64,000 nt of DNA from an uncultured Gemmatimonadaceae bacterium (GCA_963790305.1 CAWBOC010000005.1:608001-672000), one strand, 5' to 3'; numbered from the stretch's first letter, positions 1 to 9,776 are shown. Made by a program: numbers and translations. Notes: generated from the letters alone by a model not told the origin.

Positions 1-990
1 GGCGCGGTACTGCGCGGTCTGATTGAGCGACGCGAGCGTCCCCGTACCGAGGATGCTGTCGACGACAATGCCGTGCCGTCGCTGGAATGACGCGACCGCG
101 CCTGCGAGCTCGCCTTCATAGATGGCCCGCCCGGTGGAATCGGCGGTGATGTCTCCGCGGTCGATGAAATCCTCGACGGCGAGGCGCTCGCGCAGCGCTC
201 TCAGTCGCTCGACCTGTGCGGTATCACCTGGACGAAGTGACGGGCCCGCGGGAACCTTCGTCCACCCGCCTGCGGCAGCAATCCCGCGATACCGCTTGAG
301 CTGCTCGCGCAGCGAGGTATACTGCTCGTCCTGCGGACGCATCAGGGCGATGGCGCGATCGAGTGGGTTCCCGCGCAGCGTTCGCGCGAGGAGGCTGTCG
401 ACGTCGGCCGTCGACTGCCGAATGCGCCAGTCGGGCGAGACCTTTCCCGGGTCGATCTGCCCCGTGAGCAGGTCTTCGCCGAGCGCCACGTAGATCGAGG
501 TCAGCATGACGTCCGCCTCGGCGAGGTGCTCCACGCGAGGACGACGGTTCTTGTCGATCGGCGCGAGGGCCGCTCGTAGCTCCTCCAAGGGGTACGCGTT
601 GCCGACCAGGCCATGCTCGTGCACGGTCGCCAGCGCGTCCACCAGCTGATCGGCGCGCTCGCTGTCGGCGTCCTCCTCCAACCAGAGCGGGACGTGCTGG
701 TAGTGCTCGTACAGCTTGACGACGCGCGCCCAGTCTCCCTCGTCGAGCCCCTTCGGCCGCTTTCCGGTGGCGACCCGGGCCTCAATCGCCTGTTGGAGCG
801 CGGCGACCGGGATGTTCCGGACCTTGGTCAGCCCACCGGGGCTCCACGTGTCCGCAACCTCGCCCAGGTGGCTCTCGGGGGTCGCGGCGTCGTTGTTCCG
901 GCACCCCGCGCCCAGCGTGACCGTCAGTATGACTATGCCGAGAAGCCCCGCGCGAGGACGCGCCAGGGGCCCGTGCAGCGTATCTTGCAT
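1..990 (-). CDS. L,D-transpeptidase, YcbB/LdtD-like (N-terminal part; runs off left edge)
   Basis: Manual translation from ATG 990: MQDTLHG...LGAGC lipobox, scaffold motifs PLW, L.EHGL, ADVMLT, AAGGWTKVP and PG-binding motif AVASFQRRHGIVVDSILG. Not in the ORF track because it has no stop inside the window. Confidence 0.8.
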   Translation of the reverse strand, partial: MQDTLHGPLARPRAGLLGIVILTVTLGAGCRNNDAATPESHLGEVADTWSPGGLTKVRNIPVAALQQAIEARVATGKRPKGLDEGDWARVVKLYEHYQHVPLWLEEDADSERADQLVDALATVHEHGLVGNAYPLEELRAALAPIDKNRRPRVEHLAEADVMLTSIYVALGEDLLTGQIDPGKVSPDWRIRQSTADVDSLLARTLRGNPLDRAIALMRPQDEQYTSLREQLKRYRGIAAAGGWTKVPAGPSLRPGDTAQVERLRALRERLAVEDFIDRGDITADSTGRAIYEGELAGAVASFQRRHGIVVDSILGTGTLASLNQTAQYRA

Positions 991-1116
991 GTGGAATAAG
1001 TCTCCGTTCGAGTAGCCCTCGGCCCTGACAATGGCAGAAGCAGTGCCACCGCAGAAGACGCCGATTTGCGCCGTGCGGAGCATGTCCAGCCGCCACCACT
1101 AACCGTAGGAGATCCA

Positions 1117-1650
1117 ATGATACGCGTGCGCGCTTCGCTCGTTCCATTCGTCCTCGCCCTGACCGTGTTCACCGTCGCATGCAATGCATCGCGCGACGGC
1201 GATCAGGCGGTGGACACGACCGCCGCCGGGGCGGCCGAGACCACCGCCTCGGCGGGGTCGACCGAGACATCCTCGTCCAGCACGTTTCTCGATCCTAACG
1301 CCGCGACCCGCGAACAGCTTCTTGCACTGCCGGGCATAGATTCCGCGGCCGCCAACGCGTTGGTGCAGGGTCGCCAGTACGACAACATGGTCGCAGTCGA
1401 TCGTGCGCTCGCCAGCCACCTCACCGAGGCGGAACGCGACAGTGTGTACACGAGGCTGTGGAGGCCGATCGATCTCAACACCGCGACCAAGGAGGAGATC
1501 CTCCTGATCCCCGGCGTCGGTGCCCGCATGCAGCACGAGTTCGAGGAATACCGTCCATATAACTCGATCGAGCGGTTCCGTCGCGAGATCGGCAAGTACG
1601 TGGACAGCGCCGAGGTGGCGAGGCTGGAGAGGTACGTCACGATACGGTGA
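1117..1650 (+). CDS. ComEA-like helix-hairpin-helix lipoprotein
   Basis: AGGAG RBS, lipobox TVAC, two HhH repeats (DPNAATREQLLALPGI; IDLNTATKEEILLIPGVG). Confidence 0.8.
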   Translation: MIRVRASLVPFVLALTVFTVACNASRDGDQAVDTTAAGAAETTASAGSTETSSSSTFLDPNAATREQLLALPGIDSAAANALVQGRQYDNMVAVDRALASHLTEAERDSVYTRLWRPIDLNTATKEEILLIPGVGARMQHEFEEYRPYNSIERFRREIGKYVDSAEVARLERYVTIR

Positions 1651-1653
1651 GTG

Positions 1654-1746
1654 ACAGAAATGCGGAATGCGGAATGCGGAGTGCAGGTTGCCGCCGAGTC
1701 GGTTCGCGTTCAATGACCAATTCGCACTCCGCATTCCGCATTCTGT
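1654..1746. repeat. Hairpin element family A (tandem GCGGAAT arms)
   Basis: (ATGCGGA)n, spacer, (TCCGCAT)n inverted; lies just after a stop codon. Confidence 0.85.
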
Positions 1747-1749
1747 AGC

Positions 1750-2364
1750 ATGAACCCCCGCATCCGTCCCTGGCTGCTTCCGGTCGCGGCCACCGCGCTC
1801 GTCCTCGGGATCGGGCTTCAGCAGTGCTCGACGATCGGGGGATTTCTCACCGGTCGGAAGAACACGACGACCGTCACGCACGAGCTCGTCGTCGACCGCG
1901 TGCAGAACGTGGCGAAGCTCGTGTCCGTCGAGGCGACGGTGCGGGACGTCCTCGTGTACCGCAACACATGGTACGGCTCGACCAAGCAGTCGCTGGTGGT
2001 CGTGACGGCGCGGCTGCTGGCCGGGGTCGATCTCAAGTCCGGCGCCGACGTGAAGATCGATGAGGAGGCACGCCGCATCGACATCGCGCTCCCTCACGCG
2101 ACGTTGCTCGCCACCGAGGTGACGGACATCAACACGTACGACGAGCAGCGCGGCTTGTGGAACCCGTTCCGGTCGGAAGATCGCGACCGGATATTCCAGC
2201 TCGCCCGTCAGCAGCTCACTCGCTCGGCCGAGCAGATGCGGTTGACTGCGCGTGCCGAGGCGAGCGCGAAGGAGATGCTGGAGACGATGTTCGGGGTGGA
2301 CGGGTGGGTCGCGGAGGTCACCTTCCGGGATGTGCCAACCGTTAGAACAAGGGACGAGGAATGA
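1750..2364 (+). CDS. DUF4230-domain protein
   Basis: N-terminal TM; motifs AKLVSVE, LLAGVDL, IDIALP. Confidence 0.7.
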   Translation: MNPRIRPWLLPVAATALVLGIGLQQCSTIGGFLTGRKNTTTVTHELVVDRVQNVAKLVSVEATVRDVLVYRNTWYGSTKQSLVVVTARLLAGVDLKSGADVKIDEEARRIDIALPHATLLATEVTDINTYDEQRGLWNPFRSEDRDRIFQLARQQLTRSAEQMRLTARAEASAKEMLETMFGVDGWVAEVTFRDVPTVRTRDEE

Positions 2365-2376
2365 GGAGGAGCGAAA

Positions 2377-2832
2377 ATGAAACCGACAACGCTGTGGCTC
2401 ATGGTCGCACTGGCAGTCGGGTGCGCGAAGTCATCGCCACCAGGCAATGAAACCGCAGCAGCGACGGGCTCCGTGAGCGCAGGCAGCGCCCTCGTTGGAG
2501 CGCGCTGGCGGCTGGTCGAGCTCGAAGGTCAACCGTCGCTCGCGGGCGGAGGTGCTCGCGAGCCGCACCTGATTTTCTCTCGCGACAGCGTCGATCGCGT
2601 CGGCGGCGCGACCGGCTGCAATTCGATGGGAGGCCGCTACGAGGCTGACGGCGAGCGCATCCGTTTCTCCGGTCTCTTCAGCACGAAGATGGCGTGCGTG
2701 GAAGAGGCACGAATGCGCCAGGAGACTCGCTTCGTGGGCGTGCTCGAGCGAGCGGATCGGTACTCGATCAGCGGTGATACGCTGACCCTCAGCGAGGGTG
2801 GGACGGCGGTGGCGAAGTTCGTTAAGACCTGA
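2377..2832 (+). CDS. META-domain (HslJ-like) lipoprotein
   Basis: GAGGAG RBS, lipobox AVGC, WRLVEL, GATGCN, STKMAC. Confidence 0.85.
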   Translation: MKPTTLWLMVALAVGCAKSSPPGNETAAATGSVSAGSALVGARWRLVELEGQPSLAGGGAREPHLIFSRDSVDRVGGATGCNSMGGRYEADGERIRFSGLFSTKMACVEEARMRQETRFVGVLERADRYSISGDTLTLSEGGTAVAKFVKT

Positions 2833-2835
2833 AGG

Positions 2836-2895
2836 GCGAATCGGAATGCGAATGGGATCGGCGTTTCTCCCATTCCGCATTCCGTATTCCGCATT
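2836..2895. repeat. Hairpin element family A
   Basis: GGAATGC.../CATTCCG repeats between convergent stops. Confidence 0.7.
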
Positions 2896-2896
2896 G

Positions 2897-3343
2897 CTAG
2901 ACGAGCCCGTCCATCGCGTCGAAGATCGCAATCCACCCTTCGTTTGTCTCCCTCACCTTCGCTTCCGAGAGCTGCGTGTGCGTGAGCGCGACGTCGGTGC
3001 TGCCGCCGCGCTCGGTGAACTCGATCGTCACGAGTGACGGTGGCTCGTCGTAGCCGCGATCGTTCGTGAAGTGGAAGGTGTGCACGAGCTTTCTGTTCGG
3101 CACGACCTCCTGAAACACGCCATCGAAGTACCAGTTGACGCCGGTCGTGCGATCGTGAATGTGCTGGCGCCACACACCGCCCGTCTGACAGGACAAGTCA
3201 ATGGCGACCGTGTCGAATTCCGGTCCCCAGCTCCACCGTGTCGCCATCGATGGATCGCTCCATGCGCGAAACACCTTGGCGACGGGAGCCTTGAACGTGC
3301 GGCGCACGACGACGGTTGCGCCCGGAGCGGCGGTGGCAGCCAT
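2897..3343 (-). CDS. SRPBCC/AHSA1-domain protein
   Basis: RTFKAPVAKVFRAWSDP, VTIEF, THTQL, GW motifs; follows ArsR gene. Confidence 0.85.
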   Translation of the reverse strand: MAATAAPGATVVVRRTFKAPVAKVFRAWSDPSMATRWSWGPEFDTVAIDLSCQTGGVWRQHIHDRTTGVNWYFDGVFQEVVPNRKLVHTFHFTNDRGYDEPPSLVTIEFTERGGSTDVALTHTQLSEAKVRETNEGWIAIFDAMDGLV

Positions 3344-3346
3344 GAG

Positions 3347-3682
3347 TCAAACCTCCTCTGAAGTGTCCTCGGCGAGCAGCGTGTCGAGCGCGTCGAAACG
3401 CTGATTCCAGAAGTGCCGGCAGCGTGCGATCCATTCGACGGAGCTCTCCAGCGCCTTGGGGCGCAGATAGCAAATGCGTTGGCGCCCCGCGCGGCGGCGG
3501 CCAATGATTCCCGCGCCTTCGAGGGCGTCGAGATGCTTCGTAACCGCGGGCTGCGAGATCGCGAACTCGCGCGCGAGCTCCATCACCGGATGGTCGCCAC
3601 GTGCGAGTCGCTCGACGATGCGTCGGCGCGTGGGATCGGCGAGGGCGTGAAAGGCGAGGTCGAGCCGGGCCGCTTGATTCAT
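3347..3682 (-). CDS. ArsR/SmtB family regulator
   Basis: FHALADPTRRRIV, SQPAVTKHLDALEGAGII. Confidence 0.9.
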   Translation of the reverse strand: MNQAARLDLAFHALADPTRRRIVERLARGDHPVMELAREFAISQPAVTKHLDALEGAGIIGRRRAGRQRICYLRPKALESSVEWIARCRHFWNQRFDALDTLLAEDTSEEV

Positions 3683-3722
3683 AACCGATTAGTTATATAA
3701 AGCCGCGGCGCCCGCCCGTCAA
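3681..3722 (-). promoter_or_regulatory. sigma70 promoter and palindromic ArsR operator
   Basis: Minus strand TTGACG-N17-TATATA; ATAAC-N6-GTTAT palindrome at 3681-3696 overlapping the start codon. Confidence 0.55.
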
Positions 3723-3761
3723 GGCGGAAGACTGTCCGGCCTTCTGCGCCCTCGGTCTCCG

Positions 3762-4745
3762 GTGCATCATCCGATGACGATGCGACGACTTCTCGGTGTG
3801 ATGCTGATCGCGCTCGGCTGCGCCCGCGGCGACGACAGCGGCTCCGCTACGAATGCTCGCGACGAAGGACCGCTCGTCGTTTTCAACGCCGGTAGCCTGG
3901 CGCGGCCGATCCGCGCTGCGCTCGATACTTTCGCCGTGCGCGAGGGCGTGCCGTTCGAGCAGGAGCAGGCGGGAAGTCTCGAGACGGCGCGGAAGGTCAC
4001 GGAGCTTGGACGTGTCCCGGACGTCATCGCCCTCGCCGATTACCAGATCTTTCCCCAGCTGCTGGTCCCGGAGCACACCTCCTGGTATGCGCGGTTTGCG
4101 CGCAACCGGATGGTGCTTGCGCACACCGATCGCTCGCGCCACGCCAATGTCATCACTCCGGCGAACTGGTGGCAGATCGTTCTGCGTCCCGGTGTAGAGA
4201 CGGGACACAGCGACCCCAATCTCGACCCCGCGGGATACCGCTCACTCCTCGTTATGCAGCTGGCCGAGCGATACTATCGCCAGCCGGGGCTCGCCGCTCG
4301 CCTCCGAGGGGCGATTCCGCCGCGCAACGTCCGTCCGAAGGAAATCGATCTCGTGGCGCTGCTCGAGACGGCTGAGCTCGACTATGCGTTCGAGTACGAG
4401 TCGGTTGCGCGTGGCGCGTCACTGGAGTTCGTCCCATTCCCGGACTCCGTCTCGCTCGGCAACATGAGCGACTCCGCTTTCTACGAGACGGCGATGGTGC
4501 GCACCGTAGGGCGCCGGCCGGGCGACAGCCTCACCATGCGCGGGGAGCCAATCGTCTATGCGCTATCGATTCCCCGCGGGGCGCCTCATCCGCGGCTGGC
4601 CGAGCGGTTTGTGATGTTCCTGATGTCCGAAGACGGACGGCGAGTCCTGCGCGCGAACCATCTCGACGCGCTGGACTCCGCCGTAGTCTCGGGCGACAGT
4701 GCCCCGGCCGGGCTCAGCGCGCGGCGAGCTCCGGCCGTCCCGTGA
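3762..4745 (+). CDS. Tungstate/molybdate ABC substrate-binding lipoprotein (WtpA/ModA-like)
   Basis: Lipobox ALGC; NAGSL, GSLETARK, DVIALAD, DPAGYR, DYAFEYES, PIVYALSI. True start may be a few codons downstream. Confidence 0.85.
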   Translation: MHHPMTMRRLLGVMLIALGCARGDDSGSATNARDEGPLVVFNAGSLARPIRAALDTFAVREGVPFEQEQAGSLETARKVTELGRVPDVIALADYQIFPQLLVPEHTSWYARFARNRMVLAHTDRSRHANVITPANWWQIVLRPGVETGHSDPNLDPAGYRSLLVMQLAERYYRQPGLAARLRGAIPPRNVRPKEIDLVALLETAELDYAFEYESVARGASLEFVPFPDSVSLGNMSDSAFYETAMVRTVGRRPGDSLTMRGEPIVYALSIPRGAPHPRLAERFVMFLMSEDGRRVLRANHLDALDSAVVSGDSAPAGLSARRAPAVP

Positions 4746-5595
4746 GCTGTGCGACGAGGTGACGGATCGCGACCTGCCACACGAGCGGCTGACCGGGCAG
4801 GTCCTCGCGTCGCGCGGTGCGCAGACGCTGCACGTCCTCATCGCTGATCAGCTCCTGCCCGCCGATGCTGCTGACGAGCAGCCGCGTGCGCCGTGCCAGA
4901 AGCCCTTCGGCACCGATGCGCACGGCCTTGCCGTCAGGATCGATGAGTGCGCCGGTGAGCTGCAGAACGTTCACTGGCGTCTCGAGCGACGTCAGCCAGG
5001 GGACGTTGACCGAGTAATTGGTACCGAGTAGCACCGCCTTGTCTCCGCGCCAGGATTTCTGCGTCATGCGGTAGTCGCCGATCTCGAGCGTAATAAGAAG
5101 TGCTCGCGACGCACCCGCTGCATTCAGCGCGGACCCCAGCCAGGCGGTCCATTCCCCGGAGGGACGGGCCACAGCCAAACGCATCTTCTTCTCACGATCC
5201 CCGAGCACGCCTTCCTCGGCGGTGGCGCAGTCGGCATCCGGGGCGGTCTCGCAGCTGAACATGACGTCAGGCGACCGGCCTGGTGCGGCGGATGGAGGGG
5301 CCACGCGCACACTGGCGCCTAACGAATCGAGGTAGGTGTTCATCTCGCGCAGGAGGGCGGCGATGGGGCTTCCGCTCTCGTTCGCGGGCTCGAAGATCGG
5401 CTCCTGGGTGGCGCCACGCTGGTAGGCGATGCCCAGGTGGGCGATGCGGCCGGCGGCGGTGACGGGACCGCCGGCGTAGAAGGGAGGATTCTCGAGAAAC
5501 GCGTCGCCGACACCACTGCCTATCGTGGAGCCGGCGCACGCAATGCCGGTCAAGGCGAGCGCCGCTACGGCGCCCGCACGAATCGAGGTAAGCAT
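4714..5595 (-). CDS. Hypothetical lipoprotein
   Basis: MLTSIRAGAVAALALTGIAC signal/lipobox, GC-type codon usage; overlaps the 3' end of the previous gene. Confidence 0.7.
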   Translation of the reverse strand: MLTSIRAGAVAALALTGIACAGSTIGSGVGDAFLENPPFYAGGPVTAAGRIAHLGIAYQRGATQEPIFEPANESGSPIAALLREMNTYLDSLGASVRVAPPSAAPGRSPDVMFSCETAPDADCATAEEGVLGDREKKMRLAVARPSGEWTAWLGSALNAAGASRALLITLEIGDYRMTQKSWRGDKAVLLGTNYSVNVPWLTSLETPVNVLQLTGALIDPDGKAVRIGAEGLLARRTRLLVSSIGGQELISDEDVQRLRTARREDLPGQPLVWQVAIRHLVAQLTGRPELAAR

Positions 5596-5677
5596 AGGAC
5601 AGAGAAAGGATTGAGGCGGAAAGGAAGGGTACGCCCACAAAAAATAGTCAAACGATTCTTCGGCGCGCCAGCGGGCC

Positions 5678-6736
5678 GTGACGCGGCGGCGTCTGAATCG
5701 TGGACAGCGCGTCAGGATCGACGCACCCTCCCCCCGATTCCTGCTCGTGGACATCGGCTTCGAGCTCACCAATCTCTGCAACCTGCACTGCACCCACTGC
5801 ATCCGTGGGTCGCATCAGGCGACCATCGAACGGCTCGATCTGGAGCTGATCCGCCGAGTGCTCGATGAAGCCACGGCGCTCTTCGGGTCGGTCGAGGTCG
5901 TATTCACCGGTGGGGAGCCACTGGCTTCGGAGCTCTTTCCCGCTGTGGTTCGGGAGCTGGCTCAGCGAGGTGTGTCGTACCGGTTCGTCACGAATGGATG
6001 GTTGGTGCCCCGTCATCTGCCGCTGCTTCAGTCGCACAGACCTCGCTTCGTGCGCGTAAGTCTGAGCGGGGGTACCGAGGCCACGCACGACGAGCAGCGC
6101 GGGAAGGGAAGCTTCCGGCGCGCGCTCCTGGGCGCGGCGTCCGTGCTCAGCCGGGGCATGATGGCCGAGCTGTCGCTGCTCCTCACGCGGCGAAGCCGAT
6201 CCGAGATCGGCGAGGCGATCGCCGTCGCCGCTGATCTCCGCGTTCGCGCACTGCACCTCACTCTCATGCAGCCAACGCCGGAGACCGCGGCCGCCGGGCT
6301 GGACCTTTCGCCGGAGGAGTGGCGCGAAATCGCCCGGGAAGTGAACGCGATAGCACCGCACGCGATCGTTCCGGTCGTTCTCGACTACGGCGGTCCGATG
6401 CCGGTGCCGCGCGAGCGTTGCAACACGCTCGCGTCGCGTCAGCTCTACATCGACGCGCGAGGACGGGTGCCTTTCTGCTGTCAGCTGTCCCGTTATGGCA
6501 ACGGCGGGGAGCAGATCGTCGGTGATCTCAGGACGGAGTCACTGGCCGCGATCGCTGCCCGGGCTGCGAGCGCGTACGACGCGTTTCACGGCGAAACCAC
6601 CCGTCTGCACCAGATAGGGAAGCTCGATGCGCTCGATGATTTCCCCTGCATGAGCTGCGCGCGTCGGCATGGACAGACGCGCTTCCTCACCGCGTTCCCG
6701 GGCCACTCCTGGACGCAGATCGCGCACGCGTCATGA
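5678..6736 (+). CDS. Radical SAM protein with SPASM/twitch-like C-terminus
   Basis: CNLHCTHC, FTGGEP, VTNG, HDEQRGKGSF; C-terminal ERC...YIDARGRVPFCC...CMSC. Confidence 0.92.
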   Translation: MTRRRLNRGQRVRIDAPSPRFLLVDIGFELTNLCNLHCTHCIRGSHQATIERLDLELIRRVLDEATALFGSVEVVFTGGEPLASELFPAVVRELAQRGVSYRFVTNGWLVPRHLPLLQSHRPRFVRVSLSGGTEATHDEQRGKGSFRRALLGAASVLSRGMMAELSLLLTRRSRSEIGEAIAVAADLRVRALHLTLMQPTPETAAAGLDLSPEEWREIAREVNAIAPHAIVPVVLDYGGPMPVPRERCNTLASRQLYIDARGRVPFCCQLSRYGNGGEQIVGDLRTESLAAIAARAASAYDAFHGETTRLHQIGKLDALDDFPCMSCARRHGQTRFLTAFPGHSWTQIAHAS

Positions 6737-7495
6737 GCGTCGCGACCCGGCCCTGGGAGTGGGAGGACGTCCGAGCAACCACCGACGAAAACGGCGTGCA
6801 TCTCGCGCACGTCGCGGAGCCGGCGGAGCTCCTGCTGCGCAAAGGGCGCCTGGTGCGAGGAGCGGGGTACGATACGGCTTCGCCAACGGCACGGCGGTCA
6901 CTTGCGCGAGTCGGGGCGATTCTTCGTCTACGCGCGCGGGGCCGCTACCTGGTGCACGCCTCGGCCGTCGTCGATCCGGCCGGGGGCGCGTGGCTCCTCG
7001 CCGGCGACAGCGGCAGCGGCAAGTCCACGCTGGCCTGGGTCCTCGTCAGGCAGGGGTGGTCATTGCTCGGCGACGATGGCGTGCTCATCGAGGATGCCGA
7101 GGGGGGTCTCGTGGCCCGCGCCTGGCGCGATCCTCTGCGTGTGAGCCTCGGCCTCGCCAAGCAGTTTCCTGAGTTGCAGGCGTTGGCGCCGCGCGTCGCC
7201 GCGCGCGATCCGCGCGCTCGCGTACCGGTGGAGCGGGAGGTCGTCCGTCAGGCACCGGTGCGGAGGATTCTCCTTCTCGAGCGTTCGCAGCGCGACCGCG
7301 TGCTTCGAGTGGGCCCCGCCGTCACGCTCGCCTCGCTCGTGCGCCAGTCTCCGTGGGTGCCTCATCGACAATGAGGATGCGCCGCGTCACCTTACCGTGC
7401 TCGCGGCCACCGCGGACTCGGTGCCGGCGTTCCACCTCGCGCACACGGAGTCGCAGCTGGAGCAGTTGCCGCTCACCCTCGCCAGGCTCGCGTAG
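6733..7495 (+). CDS. HPr-kinase-related P-loop protein (frameshift at ~7360)
   Basis: HASAV, GDSGSGKST, LLGDD. An extra C at 7360 shifts the frame; the other frame continues LIDNEDAPRHL...LARLA to TAG 7495. ATGA overlap with the rSAM gene. Confidence 0.8.
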
Positions 7496-7571
7496 GCCAG
7501 CCCGTAGTGACCCCGAAGGGTATCGATTCGTCTAACCCGGATACCGGGCGACGACGCCCGCGAGGGGCACG

Positions 7572-7817
7572 ATGGGAGACATCGAGGACCTACAATCGCA
7601 CGTTAGCGGGTCGAGCGACGTGGGCGCGACACCGCGCTCGCGGCGCCCCTGGGTCGCGCCGACGCTGATGCGCCACGCCTCGCTCACGGCGCTGACGCTT
7701 CAGTATCCGGCGGGCCTCGTCGTGGATCCGAGTACCGGCGAGCTGCTCGATCCCAACAACCCCGCCGATCGCGTCAGGCTGGCCGACATCCCGGGAAGCA
7801 CGGGCTTCTTCCCGTGA
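7572..7817 (+). CDS. Putative RiPP precursor peptide (lasso/RRE-type leader)
   Basis: GAGGGG RBS; WVAPTLMRHASLTALT matches [YW]xxPxLxxxGxxxxxT spacing (Ala at the Gly position); stop overlaps the next start (GTGA). Confidence 0.7.
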   Translation: MGDIEDLQSHVSGSSDVGATPRSRRPWVAPTLMRHASLTALTLQYPAGLVVDPSTGELLDPNNPADRVRLADIPGSTGFFP

Positions 7818-8734
7818 CCTGGCGCGCCGGGCTCGCGCTCGCTGCCGTCCTCATCGCGAGTGGATGCGACGAGACCGGCCCGCTGGACGTCACACTCCCA
7901 GCCGTCGTATTCGTGTCAGGCACGGATCAGGATGCCGAGCTGTTTCTGTGGAGCGCGGACACGGTGACGCGCCTGACGAGCAATGCGTTCGGGGATGAGG
8001 AGCCGCACGTTGCCGCCGGCCGTCTCGTCTTCACGTCGGATCGCGACGGGAATCCCGAGGTGTACTTCTCGGATATGCGCGCCACCGCGCCGCGCCGTCT
8101 GACGACGCACACTGCGACCGATGGTGAGCCCGCACTGCATCCGGCGGGCGACCGCATCGTCTTCATCAGCATGCGCAGCGGTACGCCGCGTCTCTGGACC
8201 ATGGATACCCTCGGCGGATCGCTGGCGCCGCTCGCGACGGGCTCCGCGACTTTCTCTCCGGAGCGCGCACCGGCGTGGAGCCCGCAGGGCGATCGCATCG
8301 CCTTCACCTCGGCGCGAACGGGCACGTCGCAGGTGTTCGTCGTCGACGCGTCGGGAGGCGCTGCGGTGCAGCTGACGAGCGAGGCCGGCGGTGCGTTCGA
8401 TCCCTCCTGGAGTGCGTCAGGGACACAGATCGTCTATGCGACCAGCGCCGGCACGCCGCGCTTGCGGAGCATTCCAGCGACCGGGGGCGCGGCCGCGGAC
8501 TATGCCGTGCTTCCCGACACGGCGTTAGGCGAGCCGTCGTGCGGAGCGCATTACTGCGTCGCCGTGCGCGGTGCCTACGGAGAGGATGGCGACCTCGTCG
8601 CGTACGGGGCGCCGCGGGCAACCGGCGATGGCGTTGGGGTACCACCGATTCCACCTCCGCCGCAAACGACTGGGGTGAGAGTGCTGGTCGAGGGGGCGGG
8701 GAATGCTCGACAGCCGGCCATTGTGCCCGAGTAG
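7814..8734 (+). CDS. TolB-like PD40 beta-propeller lipoprotein
   Basis: Lipobox ASGC; repeated FTSDRDGNPEVY, PAWSPQGDRIAFTS, PSWSASG. Confidence 0.85.
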   Translation: MTWRAGLALAAVLIASGCDETGPLDVTLPAVVFVSGTDQDAELFLWSADTVTRLTSNAFGDEEPHVAAGRLVFTSDRDGNPEVYFSDMRATAPRRLTTHTATDGEPALHPAGDRIVFISMRSGTPRLWTMDTLGGSLAPLATGSATFSPERAPAWSPQGDRIAFTSARTGTSQVFVVDASGGAAVQLTSEAGGAFDPSWSASGTQIVYATSAGTPRLRSIPATGGAAADYAVLPDTALGEPSCGAHYCVAVRGAYGEDGDLVAYGAPRATGDGVGVPPIPPPPQTTGVRVLVEGAGNARQPAIVPE

Positions 8735-8741
8735 GGATTAT

Positions 8742-8881
8742 TCGTCTGAACGGCAAAGACGTCAGATATCAGAATACAGAATTCAGAATTCAGAAACGAC
8801 TACGGGGAGCCAGACTGGCTCCCCGCAGGTTTTGTCTGACATTCTGAATTCTGTATTCTGACGTCTCTGCCGTTCAGACGA
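8742..8881. repeat. Hairpin/MITE-like element family B (CAGAATT arms)
   Basis: TCGTCTGAACGGCA...TGCCGTTCAGACGA termini, CAGAAT(A/T) heptamers, inner GGGGAGCCAG-A-CTGGCTCCCC stem. Confidence 0.9.
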
Positions 8882-8882
8882 C

Positions 8883-9776
8883 TCACTTCGCGACGAGAAT
8901 CAAAAAGCGGGACGTCCCCCAAAACCGCTCGGGATCCGGAATCCGCAGCAGTCCGCGGAACTCCTCTTCATCGCGCTCCATCACCTCGGCGTTGTCGAGG
9001 CTCTGACGGGACACCACGGCGTAGCGCTTGGTCGAGTCCGGCAGCGGAATCTCGCGGATGTCACGGCGGTCGATCGCGGTGAAGAGCTCCGGGTCGAGCG
9101 CGCGCGCGGGCTGGAGCGTGCGTCCAATGTGCGCGATCAGGAAATTCGCGCCGCCCTCGCGCTCGACGATGCCCTTCTCGACCAGCTCATCCTCGGTGCC
9201 AACCACGTAGTAGGCGCGGTAGTACCGCTCGCCCATCACCTTCGTCTCGGTGATCAGGCTGTCCACGCGCAGGTCGAGGGCGGCGATGGTCGCCGCCTGC
9301 TCCTGCACCTTGTTGCCCAGCTCGGCGATGATGCGCTGATCATCCTCGATGCGGAGCTGAAGGGTATCGTTTTTCCCGCGAAGCTCCTGCTCGCGCTTCC
9401 GACTGTCGGCCAGCTCGGCGGCCGTCACGCGGGCGCGCTGCACGAGCGCTTCCACGCGGTCGCTGAGCTCCTTGCGCCGCACGAGCTGCTCTTCGAGCGG
9501 GCTCTCATAGTTGCGCTTCACGCGCTTCTTGGCGGGAAGACCCTTCACCGTGCGGATCTGGCTGTCGATTTTCGTCAGCAGCGAGTCGCTCTCGAAGATC
9601 GCGCGCATCAGCGAATCCTTCTGCGACGATAATGAGGTCGTGAGCGCAAGCTGGCGGTCGGTGATCGCCTGGAGGCTGTCGGCACGGGCGCGCTCTTTCT
9701 TGGTCTCGCAGCCGGCGAGGAGCGCCATCATCACGAACGAGAGGCCGAGAAGGGCAGCGGGATGCGAAGTACGCAT
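8883..9776 (-). CDS. Coiled-coil lipoprotein, Cbp1-like
   Basis: Lipobox LAGC, long heptad region, C-terminal AYYVVGTEDELVEKGIVEREGG...DPERFW. Confidence 0.65.
   Translation of the reverse strand: MRTSHPAALLGLSFVMMALLAGCETKKERARADSLQAITDRQLALTTSLSSQKDSLMRAIFESDSLLTKIDSQIRTVKGLPAKKRVKRNYESPLEEQLVRRKELSDRVEALVQRARVTAAELADSRKREQELRGKNDTLQLRIEDDQRIIAELGNKVQEQAATIAALDLRVDSLITETKVMGERYYRAYYVVGTEDELVEKGIVEREGGANFLIAHIGRTLQPARALDPELFTAIDRRDIREIPLPDSTKRYAVVSRQSLDNAEVMERDEEEFRGLLRIPDPERFWGTSRFLILVAK

Noticed and set aside
5678..7817. PqqE/PqqA or a classical lasso peptide cluster
   Set aside because: The peptide lacks ExxxY; no pqqBCD, lasso cyclase or B2 peptidase gene is in the window.
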